Shown: positions 1 to 13,367 of the stretch, one piece after another
Numbering within the stretch: position 1 is the first letter of the stretch
Layout: each line of letters starts with the position of its first letter
Assembly: GCA_964016885.1 (NCBI GenBank)
Contig: OZ024743.1
Span: 309,504,001 to 309,568,000, forward strand
Source: Eledone cirrhosa
Lineage: Eukaryota
Length of the DNA: 64,000 bases
Reading direction: 5' to 3'
Notes under the pieces: model-generated
Seen by the model: only the letters and a program-made list of their open reading frames with translations
What the model was told of the DNA's origin: nothing
Databases searched by the model: none
Program-made: the position numbers and the translations under genes

Positions 1-1
1 C

Positions 2-1279
2 CCTATTTTGTGTGTCTGTGTGTTCGTCTTGGTTATTCTCTTTGTCCTTAGTCTCCCTACTCCTTTTAATCCTATTACTTTCTCTTATTTCTCTGATTTC
101 TGTGCTACTGTCATTACTTGTTTTCTGTGTCTGTGTGTTTGTTAAGATTGTAGTGGTGGTGAGAGGCATTGAATGTGTGTGTGTTGTTGTTGTTGATGTG
201 TGTTGTTGTTGATGTGTGTTGTTGTCTCCGTGTGTGTGTGTGTTATCGTTGTTGTGTGTGTTGTTATTGTTGTTTGTGTTTGCGTGTCTGTTGTTGTTGT
301 ATCTGGGTATGTTGCTGTTGTTGTTGTTGTTGATGTGTGTGTTGTTGTTATTGTTGTCTCCGTGTGTGTTGTTATTGTTGTTTGTGTCTGCGTGTCTGTT
401 GTATCTGGGTATGTTGCTATTGTTGGTATTGTATCTGGGTATGTTGCTATTGTTGTTGTTATTGTTGTTTGTGTCTGTGTGTCTGTTGTTGTTGGGATGT
501 GTGTTGTATATGTGTGTGCGTATATTGTTGCTTTTGTTTTTGTTTTTGATGCTCCAGCGTAGTTTCGTAAATGATTTTTCTATTTCTGACAGACAACTAA
601 TCATATTTACCTTCTTAAATGTCGCAAATTTGGGTGGCAGACTTAACACAGACATTTCATTATTATCTATTTTCGTGTTTCCATAAATGTTGGTATTTTC
701 ATTGTTGAACTCTTCAGATATTGAGGTGTCGGCCATGTTGATACCGTCAATTTTGTCGGGATATCTATTGGTATACTCTATAGTATCCCGATTTAGCTTT
801 GCCTGTTTAAGCCACTTTAATTTTCTGTTAAAGTGCTTATTACATTCTTGAGTAATGTACTGTTCTTCGGGGCGTATAAGGCTTATAAATGTTAGTTTTT
901 CTGCTGGTGTGGTGATTTTAGATATTTCATCTATTAGGTTACGCTTTAGTTTTTCTTGATGACTTAATTCTCTATAGATCTTCTTTTTTATGTTTAGAAT
1001 TAAAGTTCGTTTTAGCCTATCTGCTTGTTTTTTGGTGAGTTGTAATCTTCTAACGTCGGTATTGATGGTGTTGGTGTAGATTCTAGAAGTGGTGCACAGT
1101 TTTATGAAGTGTAGTTGTCGAGATGTTATGGTTTTTCGTAGACAACAGAACATGGTGGTTTTCAGTATCTTGTTAGCCTGGCTAAGGCTTACGATATTTC
1201 GTTTCTGAATTTGTTTAGCAAGATTCTTTATCTGAAATCGTGTGTTGAAACCGATATTGTTATACTTTGGGAGGGTCAT
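2..1279 (-). CDS. N-terminal part of a Penelope-like element ORF, running off the window start
   Basis: Hand translation from ATG 1279 (MTLPKYNNIGFNTRFQIKN...) is open for about 426 codons to the window edge. It is absent from the ORF track because there is no stop. Contains EMSVLSLPPKFA...EIEKSFTKLRW, resembling the PLE pre-RT region, then an Asn/Thr/His low-complexity tract. A hammerhead lies upstream. Confidence 0.7.
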   Translation of the reverse strand, partial: MTLPKYNNIGFNTRFQIKNLAKQIQKRNIVSLSQANKILKTTMFCCLRKTITSRQLHFIKLCTTSRIYTNTINTDVRRLQLTKKQADRLKRTLILNIKKKIYRELSHQEKLKRNLIDEISKITTPAEKLTFISLIRPEEQYITQECNKHFNRKLKWLKQAKLNRDTIEYTNRYPDKIDGINMADTSISEEFNNENTNIYGNTKIDNNEMSVLSLPPKFATFKKVNMISCLSEIEKSFTKLRWSIKNKNKSNNIRTHIYNTHPNNNRHTDTNNNNNNNSNIPRYNTNNSNIPRYNRHADTNNNNNTHGDNNNNNTHINNNNNSNIPRYNNNRHANTNNNNNTHNNDNTHTHGDNNTHQQQHTSTTTTHTHSMPLTTTTILTNTQTQKTSNDSSTEIREIRESNRIKRSRETKDKENNQDEHTDTQNR

Positions 1280-1412
1280 GTTGCCAATAAGAAACACACG
1301 CACCAGTTGCTTTCACTTCAATTTAATTTAATATATATTTATAAATTTACAAATTTATAAATTTCTGGTTGGTTGGTTGGTTCCACAACCAGATAGTTGT
1401 TTATATATATAT

Positions 1413-1457
1413 AGTCATAGTTCTTTCGTCACACACTCTGTGACCTCTTCAGTGACT
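1413..1457 (-). ncRNA. Type I hammerhead ribozyme in a PLE pseudo-LTR
   Basis: Minus strand reads AGTCA CTGAAGA G GTCACA-GAGTG-TGTGAC GAAA GAACTA TGACT. Stem I AGTCA/TGACT, 6-bp stem II, minimal stem III, one extra G after A9. Confidence 0.75.
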
Positions 1458-1503
1458 GGGGATTTCTTTCTTCGTTTCTGTGCCTTTCCTTTCTTCTATC
1501 CTA

Positions 1504-1559
1504 CGCCATTTTGTTTGTGTGTGGGTTGCGTGCTCAGTTTGCGCATGCGCCACATCCGG
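1504..1559 (-). promoter_or_regulatory. Putative Pol II promoter of the PLE (ETS-, NRF1- and YY1-like motifs)
   Basis: Minus strand order: CCGGATGT (1559-1552), GCGCATGCGCA (1550-1540), AAAATGGCG (1512-1504), directly upstream of the hammerhead and ATG. Confidence 0.5.
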
Positions 1560-1599
1560 GTGTCTGTGTGTGTTTGTGTTCATTTTTCTATAAAAATTA

Positions 1600-3619
1600 T
1601 ATATTAATTTCTATAGTATATGTTAATTAGGTATATAATAATTAAAACAGATATTGTATTTTATCAATAGTAGAATATAATTATAGGTAAACAGAAATTA
1701 AAATTAATACATACACATATACATATACATATATATATATACACACATATATATATATATATACACATACATATATATACATACATATACATATTTTTTC
1801 AAAAATTGCAAAGAATATATTAACTAGGTATACATCCAAAACCTATCCCATTCTATGATTACATGACACTCTGCAATCCATCTGTATTAGGATACTATTT
1901 TTAAGCCAATTAAATTAAATTTTTAGGTTGACCAAATTTAAAACCAAATTATAAATATATTTCTAAAATGTACATTAATTAGGTCTATAATACTAAAAAT
2001 TATTTCTCTGTCATTGAATACACGATATTTTGTTATATTTTATCTGTAAAGGAATTTTAATAAAGGGTTAAATAAATTAAAATTAATCTATAAATTAAAT
2101 TACTAAGTATATATTAGTAATATTTAAAGGTTTTTCACAATTTATGATTACACAATATTTTATAATCTCATCTGTAGTAGAATTTTAATTAAATTAAATT
2201 TATAGGTTAACTAACATTTAAATTAAATTATATATTAATTTCTAAAATAATGTTATTAATTAGGTTTATAATATTTAAATGTTTTTCTTAGTTTATGATT
2301 ACACGATATAATTAATTCCTGTCGTTTATTTAATAGGATATCCTTAGATTTCATTATTTCAAATAGTTCTTGGGAACATAATCTACATTCATTTCTATTA
2401 TTTTGATAAGGGGTGGCTCTTTTGAGCACACTCCAGGTCAAATCATATTCTATATTCTTTTTTTCTGCTAGAGATGTTGTATTAGCCAGTGCGGCATTTT
2501 TAAAACTATGTTTGTGGGTATTAAACCTTGTCTTAAAATTGTTAGAAGTAGCTCCTATATATGAGCAAATAGAATCTTTAGTTTTAACATTACATTTATA
2601 AACTATGTTGTTAACAAGACAATTTCCTTTTAATGGGCAGTTTGCTTTGTTTCTACAGTTACAACCTTTCGTTAATTCTGTATTTGAGGAGATATTATGG
2701 TTAGTTTGATGTATTGGTGGTATACTTATGGTTTTCTTACATTTATATGCATTATAGGCACTTATATTTTGTTTTATGTTATTTGTTGTTGAGTATGAGA
2801 ATTTAACTGTAGACCTATTTAAGATTTGATGGTATTTGTGGTTTGGCGGGAAGTTTTTCTCTAGGATATAAAAAAATTTTTTAGCAATATTATCCTTAAT
2901 TTGTAAATTAAATGGAGCATTATACCAAGTAACCCGTCTATTACGGTTTCTATGTTGTTTATTATTTTTATTATTTTTATAGGTTGTATCGTGATGTTTA
3001 CTAGGAGGATTAATGTTAATGATCTCACCACACACATTTTTAGTTATATTTGTAGATTTAGGTGTTTTATCTTGTTTATTAGGAGTTTTATTATTAACAT
3101 TTATTAGAGTTGTATGATGAGTAGTTTTTTGAGAGTTACTATACTTTATATTAGAAGATTTGGTATTTTGGGGTATAGTGTGGGTGGCATTTAGGTGTGT
3201 ACTTTTCATTTGGTGTTTGTTGGTAATATTAGGTTGTATGTTTTTAGTATTTTTAGTAGAAGGTATATATTCTAATCTATTTTTGTGACCACTTCTATCT
3301 AGAGCTTCGTTATAGAAGGTCGCATTTTTATCAAATACATCTTGGTTAGAAGAAAGGTTAGAAATTCTAAGTGATATATTATATGCAAGGTTTTTAAGGA
3401 TAGATTTAGGGTGATTAGATTGTGAGTGTATGTAATGTAAGTTTTGGTTGGGTTTATGGTAAGGTTGGTAGATACCCGTAGCTAAGTCTAAAGTTATATC
3501 TAGGAAATTTACTACCTTACTTGTTTTTTCAAAAGTAATATGAAGACTATAATAGTCTTTAAGGAAAGTTCTAATATGCTTTTTGTTTTTTTCTATTTCT
3601 GAAAGGCTAAGGTTGTGTG

Positions 3620-3622
<3 letters not shown>
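1600..3622 (-). mobile_element. 5'-truncated PLE (copy A): RT thumb, linker, GIY-YIG endonuclease (coding 2256-3622) and 3' UTR
   Basis: [64 protein letters not shown]. The annotated ORF start (3932) is only microsatellite. Confidence 0.92.
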
Positions 3623-3708
<86 letters not shown>

Positions 3709-3767
3709 GTATATATATGTATATATGTGTATATGTATGTGTGTGTATATATATACGTGTGTTGTGA

Positions 3768-3824
<57 letters not shown>

Positions 3825-4173
3825 CGTGTATGTGTATATATGTGTAAAAATATATATATATATATGTGTGTTATGTGTGTATGTGTCTATGTATTTATAT
3901 GTGTATATGTATGTGTCTCTATATGTATGCATGTGTGTATGTGTATGTGTATTTATATGGTATGTGTATGTATATGTATGTGTATGTATGTGTTTGTATA
4001 TATGTGTATATATATGTATGTATATGTATGTGTGTGTATTTATTTATATGTCTATATGTATGTATATCGATGTATATTTTATATTTTACTTGTTTGTGTA
4101 TATATATATGTATGTGTATGTATATGTATATATATATATGTGTGTGTATATATGTGTGTATATATGTGTATAT

Positions 4174-4205
<32 letters not shown>

Positions 4206-4252
4206 GTATATGTGTGTGTGTGTGTGTGTATGTGTGTGTGTATATATATATA
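3623..4252. repeat. (TA)n/(TG)n compound microsatellite
   Basis: Directly visible. One of dozens of such tracts (e.g. 5075-5460, 41990-42795, 42980-43435, 49320-49607, 57895-58520). Confidence 0.95.
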
Positions 4253-4860
4253 TTTTTTTTCTTGATATATTTCTTTTTTCTTTTTCTTTTCTTTTTATTT
4301 CTAAGTTTATAGATACATTTATAAATAGGCAGTCTGCCGACACCGTTGAATACTGACCTCTCCCCCCCTCCCACCTAATTTCTGTATCTGGATCTAAATA
4401 TGTGTGGCAGTGTTTATGTGCGTGCATTAATGTCCATATGCTTATGATAATACTATATACACATATATATGTGTGTGGGGGTGTGTGTGTGTATGTATGT
4501 TCGTGGTTATGTGTATGTTTATGCATATACGCGCGTGTGTGTGTGAGTGTACGAATATGTGTGAGTATATGAATGTGTGTATACATTTATTTTATATTTA
4601 TGTGTCTATACGCATTTTATCTGTAGATTATAAACTTACAGAGACATTAGCCTTGAATTTTTGTATTTACATACATCTTTTTGGCATGCGTATGCATGTG
4701 AACATATATCTTTATGCATATCTGTGTACAAAGTTAATTACATGTATATACACACACCTAACTGCATAAAATTTTTTGTATTTTCATTGGTCAATTTGAA
4801 CTCTGTTCCCAAACGGACCTGAAATTTTGAATTGTTGTTATTATCAATAAATATATTTCA

Positions 4861-5007
4861 TTATTTCTGAAGACGGCATATATATGTGTTTGGTATGTAT
4901 ATTTAATTTTGATAGTTTGTATAATTTTGTATAATTTTGTACATAGATCTGTTGAATATGCACGCCAATTCTAACACATATATATCCTAGAAACGATCGT
5001 TAAATAA
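4861..5007 (+). ncRNA. Hammerhead ribozyme with ~115-nt stem II (pseudo-LTR of PLE family B)
   Basis: TTATTT CTGAAGA [ATATATATGTGTT...AACACATATATAT] GAAACGATCGTT AAATAA. Palindromic stem III; homologous to 8402-8533 and 39051-39184. Confidence 0.7.
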
Positions 5008-5084
5008 TGAACTTTTTTTGTTTAATATAAGGAACTGTTTCATTGTTTTATTCATTATTTTCTTAATATTTTATATATATGTAT

Positions 5085-5146
<62 letters not shown>

Positions 5147-5161
5147 TATATATATATACAG

Positions 5162-5268
<107 letters not shown>

Positions 5269-5285
5269 TATATATATATATACAG

Positions 5286-5434
<149 letters not shown>

Positions 5435-6753
5435 CATATATATACATATATATATATATCTCCTCAAGAAAGGCAAGAGTTTAACGGGCAAAATAAATAA
5501 AGCAAGAGATATATAAAAATAAGGAAATATAGTTAGGGTATGTGTATAAATGTGTATATATTCACTCACAAATGTACATATGTGTGTATGTACAAATGCA
5601 TGTGTATAGTGATAATGTGTGTGTGCGTAAGTACGTATATGAGGGCAAGCATAATAGTGTATGTGTGACCAATACGTATATAATATAAGTTGAAAAATAA
5701 GTATATAATATAAGTTGAAAAATAATGTACATCCAGATTTAGGTATTAAATATATACACATACATGTATGAAAGCACGCGTATAAACACACACGCGCGAT
5801 CATTTATATGCGGAAGATAAAAAGGGAAGGGAGTGTATTAGTAAAAAAGTGTGTTATATTCGATACATATAAAAATGAAACAATATATGAGAAAGAAAAA
5901 AACTTTGTTTAAATCTAAGAGAAAGTAAGAGGGAGGGGTTATCAATTATAAATTAACACTAGAGAAAAAAAAAAAACAAACATAGGTCCGCACGTACGCA
6001 CATATACATATAAACATATATATATTATATGAATACGTACAGGCAAAAGCACATGCATACGTACATACATACACACGAAGTACACATATATATACATATA
6101 TCGGCACATGTATATCTAAGGACACGTACGTACGCGACTATATATATACATATATGCATACACACACATACATACATATACATATACATATATATATACA
6201 CATACTTTATACATATACGTTCACCCACATACACGCACTCGTATAAATATAGATATAAAAACACACATGCTCAAACATATAGACACACACACATACGGAG
6301 GCGCATGCACACTCACACGCATAGATACAAATATAGACCAGCCATATAAAAGCGGCTGCGAAACAACAGGATATATCTGGAGTTGAAACCGAAAGTGACA
6401 AGTGATATCAGGTAGTGAAAGAAAATGGAGAAGTAAAGTATGGAATGTGAAGATATTAGGTAAGTGAATCAAGAAGTAGGGAGGGGGGGGGGGTCACTGG
6501 TGGATGTGAAGTGAAAATAAATTGTGGTAAGGATCCAAATGGACCATAACGCACCAGAGTACTCAATTTCTAGAAATAGCCGTCGAAACGGCTTGAGCTC
6601 TGCCGTCTGGGTTATACTTTTTCCTATATATGTATATATATATATAAAATGAGATTAATATCCCCACAGGTACCATGTACCCACGGAAATATATGGGGTG
6701 TCTATAATACATTTGTTGTTCATTGGTATTAATTTGAGATACCAGAACTATAA

Positions 6754-7027
6754 AATTGAGATGAGCGGAACAAGTAAACATTAAACAAATAAATTAAAAT
6801 ACGATTCAAATATTCACCTGTCCAAAATGCTACTACCGACAGTTTCGCTGCACAAAAGATTGGATATCCAGAGAATTTCCAACGGAAAGAACAGCTCTTC
6901 ACATAACTATTTCCATTCTATAGAACGTAAAGTCTCCAAGTTTGTAGCATTTTGGACAGGTGAATATTTAAATCGTGTTTTAACTTATTTAAAAGAATGT
7001 TTAATGTTTACATGTTCCGCTCATCTC

Positions 7028-7031
<4 letters not shown>
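6754..7031. repeat. Fold-back pseudo-LTR fragment with degenerate hammerhead (6829-6907, -)
   Basis: Inverted arms ~6754-6833 and ~6944-7031. Minus strand GTTAT gTGAAGA GCTG...CAGC GAAACTGTCGGTA GTAGC, with C3 mutated. Confidence 0.6.
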
Positions 7032-7085
<54 letters not shown>

Positions 7086-7088
<3 letters not shown>

Positions 7089-8352
7089 TATGTATACGTA
7101 CATACATATATGTATACAGACGTACAGTAGTATGTATATATATACATACATGCACACATGTACGTATGGGTTTACCGAATATTTATTATAATGTTCGGTT
7201 TGTTTGTAAACAAACAGCCCGAATTAAGCCGTACAGTATTCGGCAAACATCGTTGCCCTTTTGTTCACCACTGACAAAGGAACGATGAACTAGTTTAAAG
7301 CTTATTAGCTATCGTATACCCTCCTGTCAGATGATTGAACGTTTGAAAGTATATACTTTCCTTATGGGTATTAACGGCTGAGCAGCCTAATTTGCATATC
7401 GAGTGAGTTAGACGGGCTGGCGTACCGAAAACGATAAATGGAAAAGAATGAAACAAAATTTCATTTCTCACTCTTAGTACGGCTGATACTTAAATATAAG
7501 TATGTATACGTATATACATATATGTATACAGACGTACAATAGTATGTATATATATATATACATACATGCACACATATATATATGTACGTCTGGGTTTACC
7601 GAACATTTATGATAATGTTCGGTTTGTTTGTAAACAAACAGCCCGAATTAAGCCGTACAGCGTTCGGCAACCATCGTTGCCTTTCTGTTCAACACTGACA
7701 AAGGAAAGATGAACTAGTTTCAAGCTTATTAGCTATCGTCAGCATCGTATACCTTCCTGTCAGCTGATTGAACGTTTGAAAGTATATACGTTTGAAAGTA
7801 TATACAAACAAACCGAACATTATAATAAATATTCGGTAAACCCAGACGTACATATATATATGTGTGCATGTATGTATATATATATACATACTATTGTACG
7901 TCTGTATACATATATGTATGTACGTATACATACTTATATTTAAGTATCAGCCGTACTAAGTGTGAGAAATGAAATTTCGTTTCATTATTTTCCATTTATT
8001 GTTTTCGGTACGCCCGGCCGACTAACTCACACGATATGCAAATTAGGCTGCTCAGTTGCTAATATACATAAGGAAAGTATATACTTTCAAACGTTCAATC
8101 ATCTGACAGGAAGGTATACGATGCTGACGATAGCTAATAAGCTTGAAACTAGCTCATCGTTCCTTTGTCAGTGTTGAACAAAAGGGCAACGATAGTTGCC
8201 GAACACTGTACGGCCACATTCGGGCTGTTTGTTTACAAACAAACCGAACATTATAATAAATGTTCGGTAAACCCATACGTACATATATATATGTGTGCAT
8301 GTATGTATATATATATATATATACATACTACTGTACGTCTGTATACATATAT
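7086..8352. mobile_element. Retrozyme-like tandem/inverted array of ~412-430-bp non-coding units, one minimal hammerhead each
   Basis: Units start at 7086 and 7498; inversion at ~7803. Consensus ACGATG CTGACGA TAGC-TAATAA-GCTT GAAACTAGTT CATCGT at 7706-7748 (-, core intact), 8118-8160 (+, U16.1 to C) and ~7282-7315 (-, core deleted). Confidence 0.75.
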
Positions 8353-8354
8353 GT

Positions 8355-9589
8355 AAGTTCCTTATATTATAATAAAAACAAGTTCCTTATATTAAAAATT
8401 CATAATTTTACGATCGTTTCTAGGATGTATATGTGTGTTGGTATGTATATCATATAGATCCATGTAAAAATATTACAAACTATCAGAGGAAATATACATA
8501 CCTTCACATATATATGCTGTCTTCAGAAATGATTAGATATGTTTATTGAAAAAAAACAACAAAGATTTAATATAGTAGGTCTGTTTGGGAACAGCTTTTG
8601 AATTGACCAATAGAAAAGTAGTTAGAAATCAAGTTGATAGAATAGTAGTAGTAGAAATTTAATTTAGGGGTAGAGGAGTGCAGACTTATGTTTTGAATGG
8701 AAAGAATACTTTGAATGAAAAGAATACTTTGGGGATGAAAATAGCTGAAGCCGGTGAAGGTACACGAACATTTGTTGTTATTAAAGAATAATGTTAAAAA
8801 CAAAGGAAAGTAAAATTTTAGGGAAAGGGTATTAGTGAGAAATACCAATCTCATTTAAAACACAAGTAATCTAGATCTATAACAAGAAATTAAATTAATT
8901 GATAGGTATACTTATAGGGGTAAATTTATATTAATTCATATGGATGTGTAAATAAGAATTAGATGTTATTAAAGAATGTTGTTAAAAACGAAGGAAAGTA
9001 AAATTTTGGGATCAGGGTAGTAGTGAGAAATACCAATCTTATATACACTACAAGGAATCTAGATTCATAACAGGAATTTAAATTAAATTATATGTATACT
9101 TTTAGGTATTAATTTTAGGAAAAGAGAGCTGTAAGAGGGAAATAAAATTATGAATTTCTCTGTAGTAAAGTACTAATTATAGGTTAACTAAAAAAAAAAA
9201 AAAGAATAATTATAATAATATGTAAAATATAAGTGTAAGGTGTATATTAATTAGGTTTATATTATTTGAAGGTTATTCTAATTCTATGATTGCAAGATAT
9301 AATTAATTCTTGTCGCTTATTTAATAGGATATCCTTAGATTTCATTATTTCAAAAAGTTCCTGGGAGCATAATCTACACTCATATCTGTTATTTTGATAA
9401 GGGGTGGCCATTTTGAGCTCACTCCAGGTCAGGTTGTAATCGATATTCTTTTTACTTTAATTATTAATTGTTTCAGCCAAGGATGTTGTATTAGCTAATG
9501 CGGCACTTTTAAAACTATGTTTGTGGGTATTAAATCTTACTTTAAATTGGTTAGACGTAGCTCCTATATATGAATAAGTGGAGTCCTTA
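8355..9589 (-). mobile_element. PLE 3' fragment (copy B): GIY-YIG end (9247-9589), 3' UTR, hammerhead 8402-8533
   Basis: Close nucleotide similarity to the end of copy A ([18 protein letters not shown]...[10 protein letters not shown]...YYKPN*). ATCATTT CTGAAGA...GAAACGATCGTA AAATTAT. Confidence 0.88.
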
Positions 9590-9603
9590 TATATGTATAT
9601 ATA

Positions 9604-11057
<1,454 letters not shown>

Positions 11058-11080
11058 TATATATATATATATATATATTA

Positions 11081-11115
<35 letters not shown>

Positions 11116-11379
11116 TGTGAGTGTGTATGTGTGTGTGTCCGTGTCTGTGTTTATAATCGACTAAATTTGTCTAAGGCTGTATCCAAGCATGGCCAATATT
11201 TACCAACTGAAATCAATAAAACCATGAATGTCCAATTGATTATCTCAGACTAAACGTTATATTGCATTTTATTGGATCTAATTAACACGAAACGTATATA
11301 AAGAATGTTAAATCTAACAATTGTCGGTATGGTGTATGGAAAGCATAAATTTAGTTATTCTTCTTTCTTGATTAGAATG

Positions 11380-11525
11380 GCCCTACAGCGGGTTCGGCGA
11401 TGATATCTCCAGTTGTTCGATGAAATTAATAGACTACTCATGAATCTTAATGCAATTCTCATGGTGATTTAGCGTGACAAAGAGTATGATAAATTTGGAC
11501 CTTTGAGTTACAGGCACACTCTATT
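11380..11525 (+). mobile_element. Degenerate octopus-type SINE fragment
   Basis: Resembles from memory an abundant Octopus repeat (..gatttagcgtgacaaagagtatgat..gacctttgagttacagg). Not verified by search. Confidence 0.35.
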
Positions 11526-11651
11526 TATCGGGCTTTTAAACATTTTCTATCTACTAAATTTTAGTCACTAGTTAAGAATGAATTCGACACTATGGTAAGC
11601 AAGATATATATGTATGTGCATATATGTAGGAATATAAATGTTTATTTCTTC

Positions 11652-11823
<172 letters not shown>

Positions 11824-11970
11824 ATGTCCTTGACGGCTAAGAAACTAGAGTACTCAATACCGTAGAGTTTTAATATTTTGATGACCTTGTCATAAAAAGA
11901 CGAAACTCCAGAGTAAAAGACTCAATAATTATATACATATATATATATATTTATATATATATATATATAC

Positions 11971-12406
11971 TTCGATTTTAGATTTCTTCTCTGAAAACGT
12001 GTGTTGAAACAGATATTGTTATACTTTGGGAGGGTGATGCTGCCAATAAAAACACAAGCACCTGTTAGTTTTCACTTAATATTTATCATAAATTTCATGT
12101 TGGTTGGTTCAATAACCGGATGGTTGCTTATCAAATGACTTTCGTCGCACATTCTCTGACCTCCTCAGTGACGGATTTCTTACTTTGTGTCTCTCCTTTG
12201 TTCCGTCCTAAATCGTCTTGTTTTTGTGTAGGACAGAACACAGGAGAAACACAAAGTAGCAAACTAATCACCGAGGAGGTCAAAGAATTTGACAATATAT
12301 AAACAACTACCCGGTTATTGAACCAACCAACCGGAAATTTATAATAATTGAAGTGAATCCAACAGGTGCGTTTGTTTTTATTGGCAGCATGACCCTCCCA
12401 AAGTAT

Positions 12407-12412
<6 letters not shown>
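11971..12412. mobile_element. Inverted pair of solo pseudo-LTRs of the family at 1230-1500
   Basis: Arms ~12014-12230 and ~12228-12412 match 1230-1500, including a degenerate hammerhead and the first ORF codons (ATGACCCTCCCAAAGTATAAC). Both ends abut (TA)n. Confidence 0.8.
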
Positions 12413-12495
<83 letters not shown>

Positions 12496-12964
12496 GTTCT
12501 GGCTCGTTAATTTATTAACCTGCCATTGAACCACATTGGCATATGGTTGGACAATACATGTGTCCCTAGATGCTTTGCGTGTAGGGATATATACTTTATT
12601 ATTCTCCTCTTGGTCGAGAAAAAATTTGGTCGTTCTGACTGCTGCTAGTTATAGTGGAAGTAGACTGACCTCCCTGCCTTTGCTTCTATCTTTACACACG
12701 GCACTGGACGGAATTGATTCCACAACATTTATTCTCATCTCGGGAATAATTTTGAATAGCACCAGTTCGTAATTTGAACTCGGGAATTTTATATTCTCCG
12801 AGTGAAAAGATCCTTCTGACGAGAGTTTATCTTTGCAATGGACGGCCGTAAGGACTGTCCATTTATTTTTGAGACTCGAAACCGATTCGGTAAAGGTAAC
12901 CATAGTGAGTATAGTTAATTTTTTAAAATTTATTTTGAAACTTTTTCTTATTTGCTAAACCATG

Positions 12965-13030
<66 letters not shown>

Positions 13031-13088
13031 TGTCCAGAATTAGCCGTCGAAACGGCTTGAGCTCAGCCGTCGGGGTCCCACTCGTTCC

Positions 13089-13119
<31 letters not shown>

Positions 13120-13178
13120 AAAGGCTCTGATACCATCACCACCATAAACAGAGAGCTGGCATATCCAAGAACTGACTA

Positions 13179-13233
13179 ACTGCCTGATGAGGTCATAGCC
13201 ATTCAATGGCTATCAAGAAATATATATAGCAGT
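13179..13233 (+). ncRNA. Hammerhead ribozyme (base of stem II damaged) in a ~165-bp (TA)n-flanked fragment
   Basis: ACTGC CTGATGA GGTC ATAGCCATT-C-AATGGCTAT CAA GAAATATATATA GCAGT, followed by AAATAAA. Confidence 0.6.
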
Positions 13234-13279
13234 AAATAAAGGATTATGAGTCCATCCAATTGACTTATGTTTCGTCACA

Positions 13280-13365
<86 letters not shown>

Positions 13366-13367
<2 letters not shown>

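Noticed and set aside
12-686. Val/Leu/Cys-rich + strand ORFs resembling membrane proteins
   Set aside because: Antisense shadows of the Asn/Thr-rich PLE ORF on the minus strand.
12495-12905. Minus-strand frame faintly like a Pif1 PL.LA motif
   Set aside because: Similarity too weak; the T..K.QG motif is absent.
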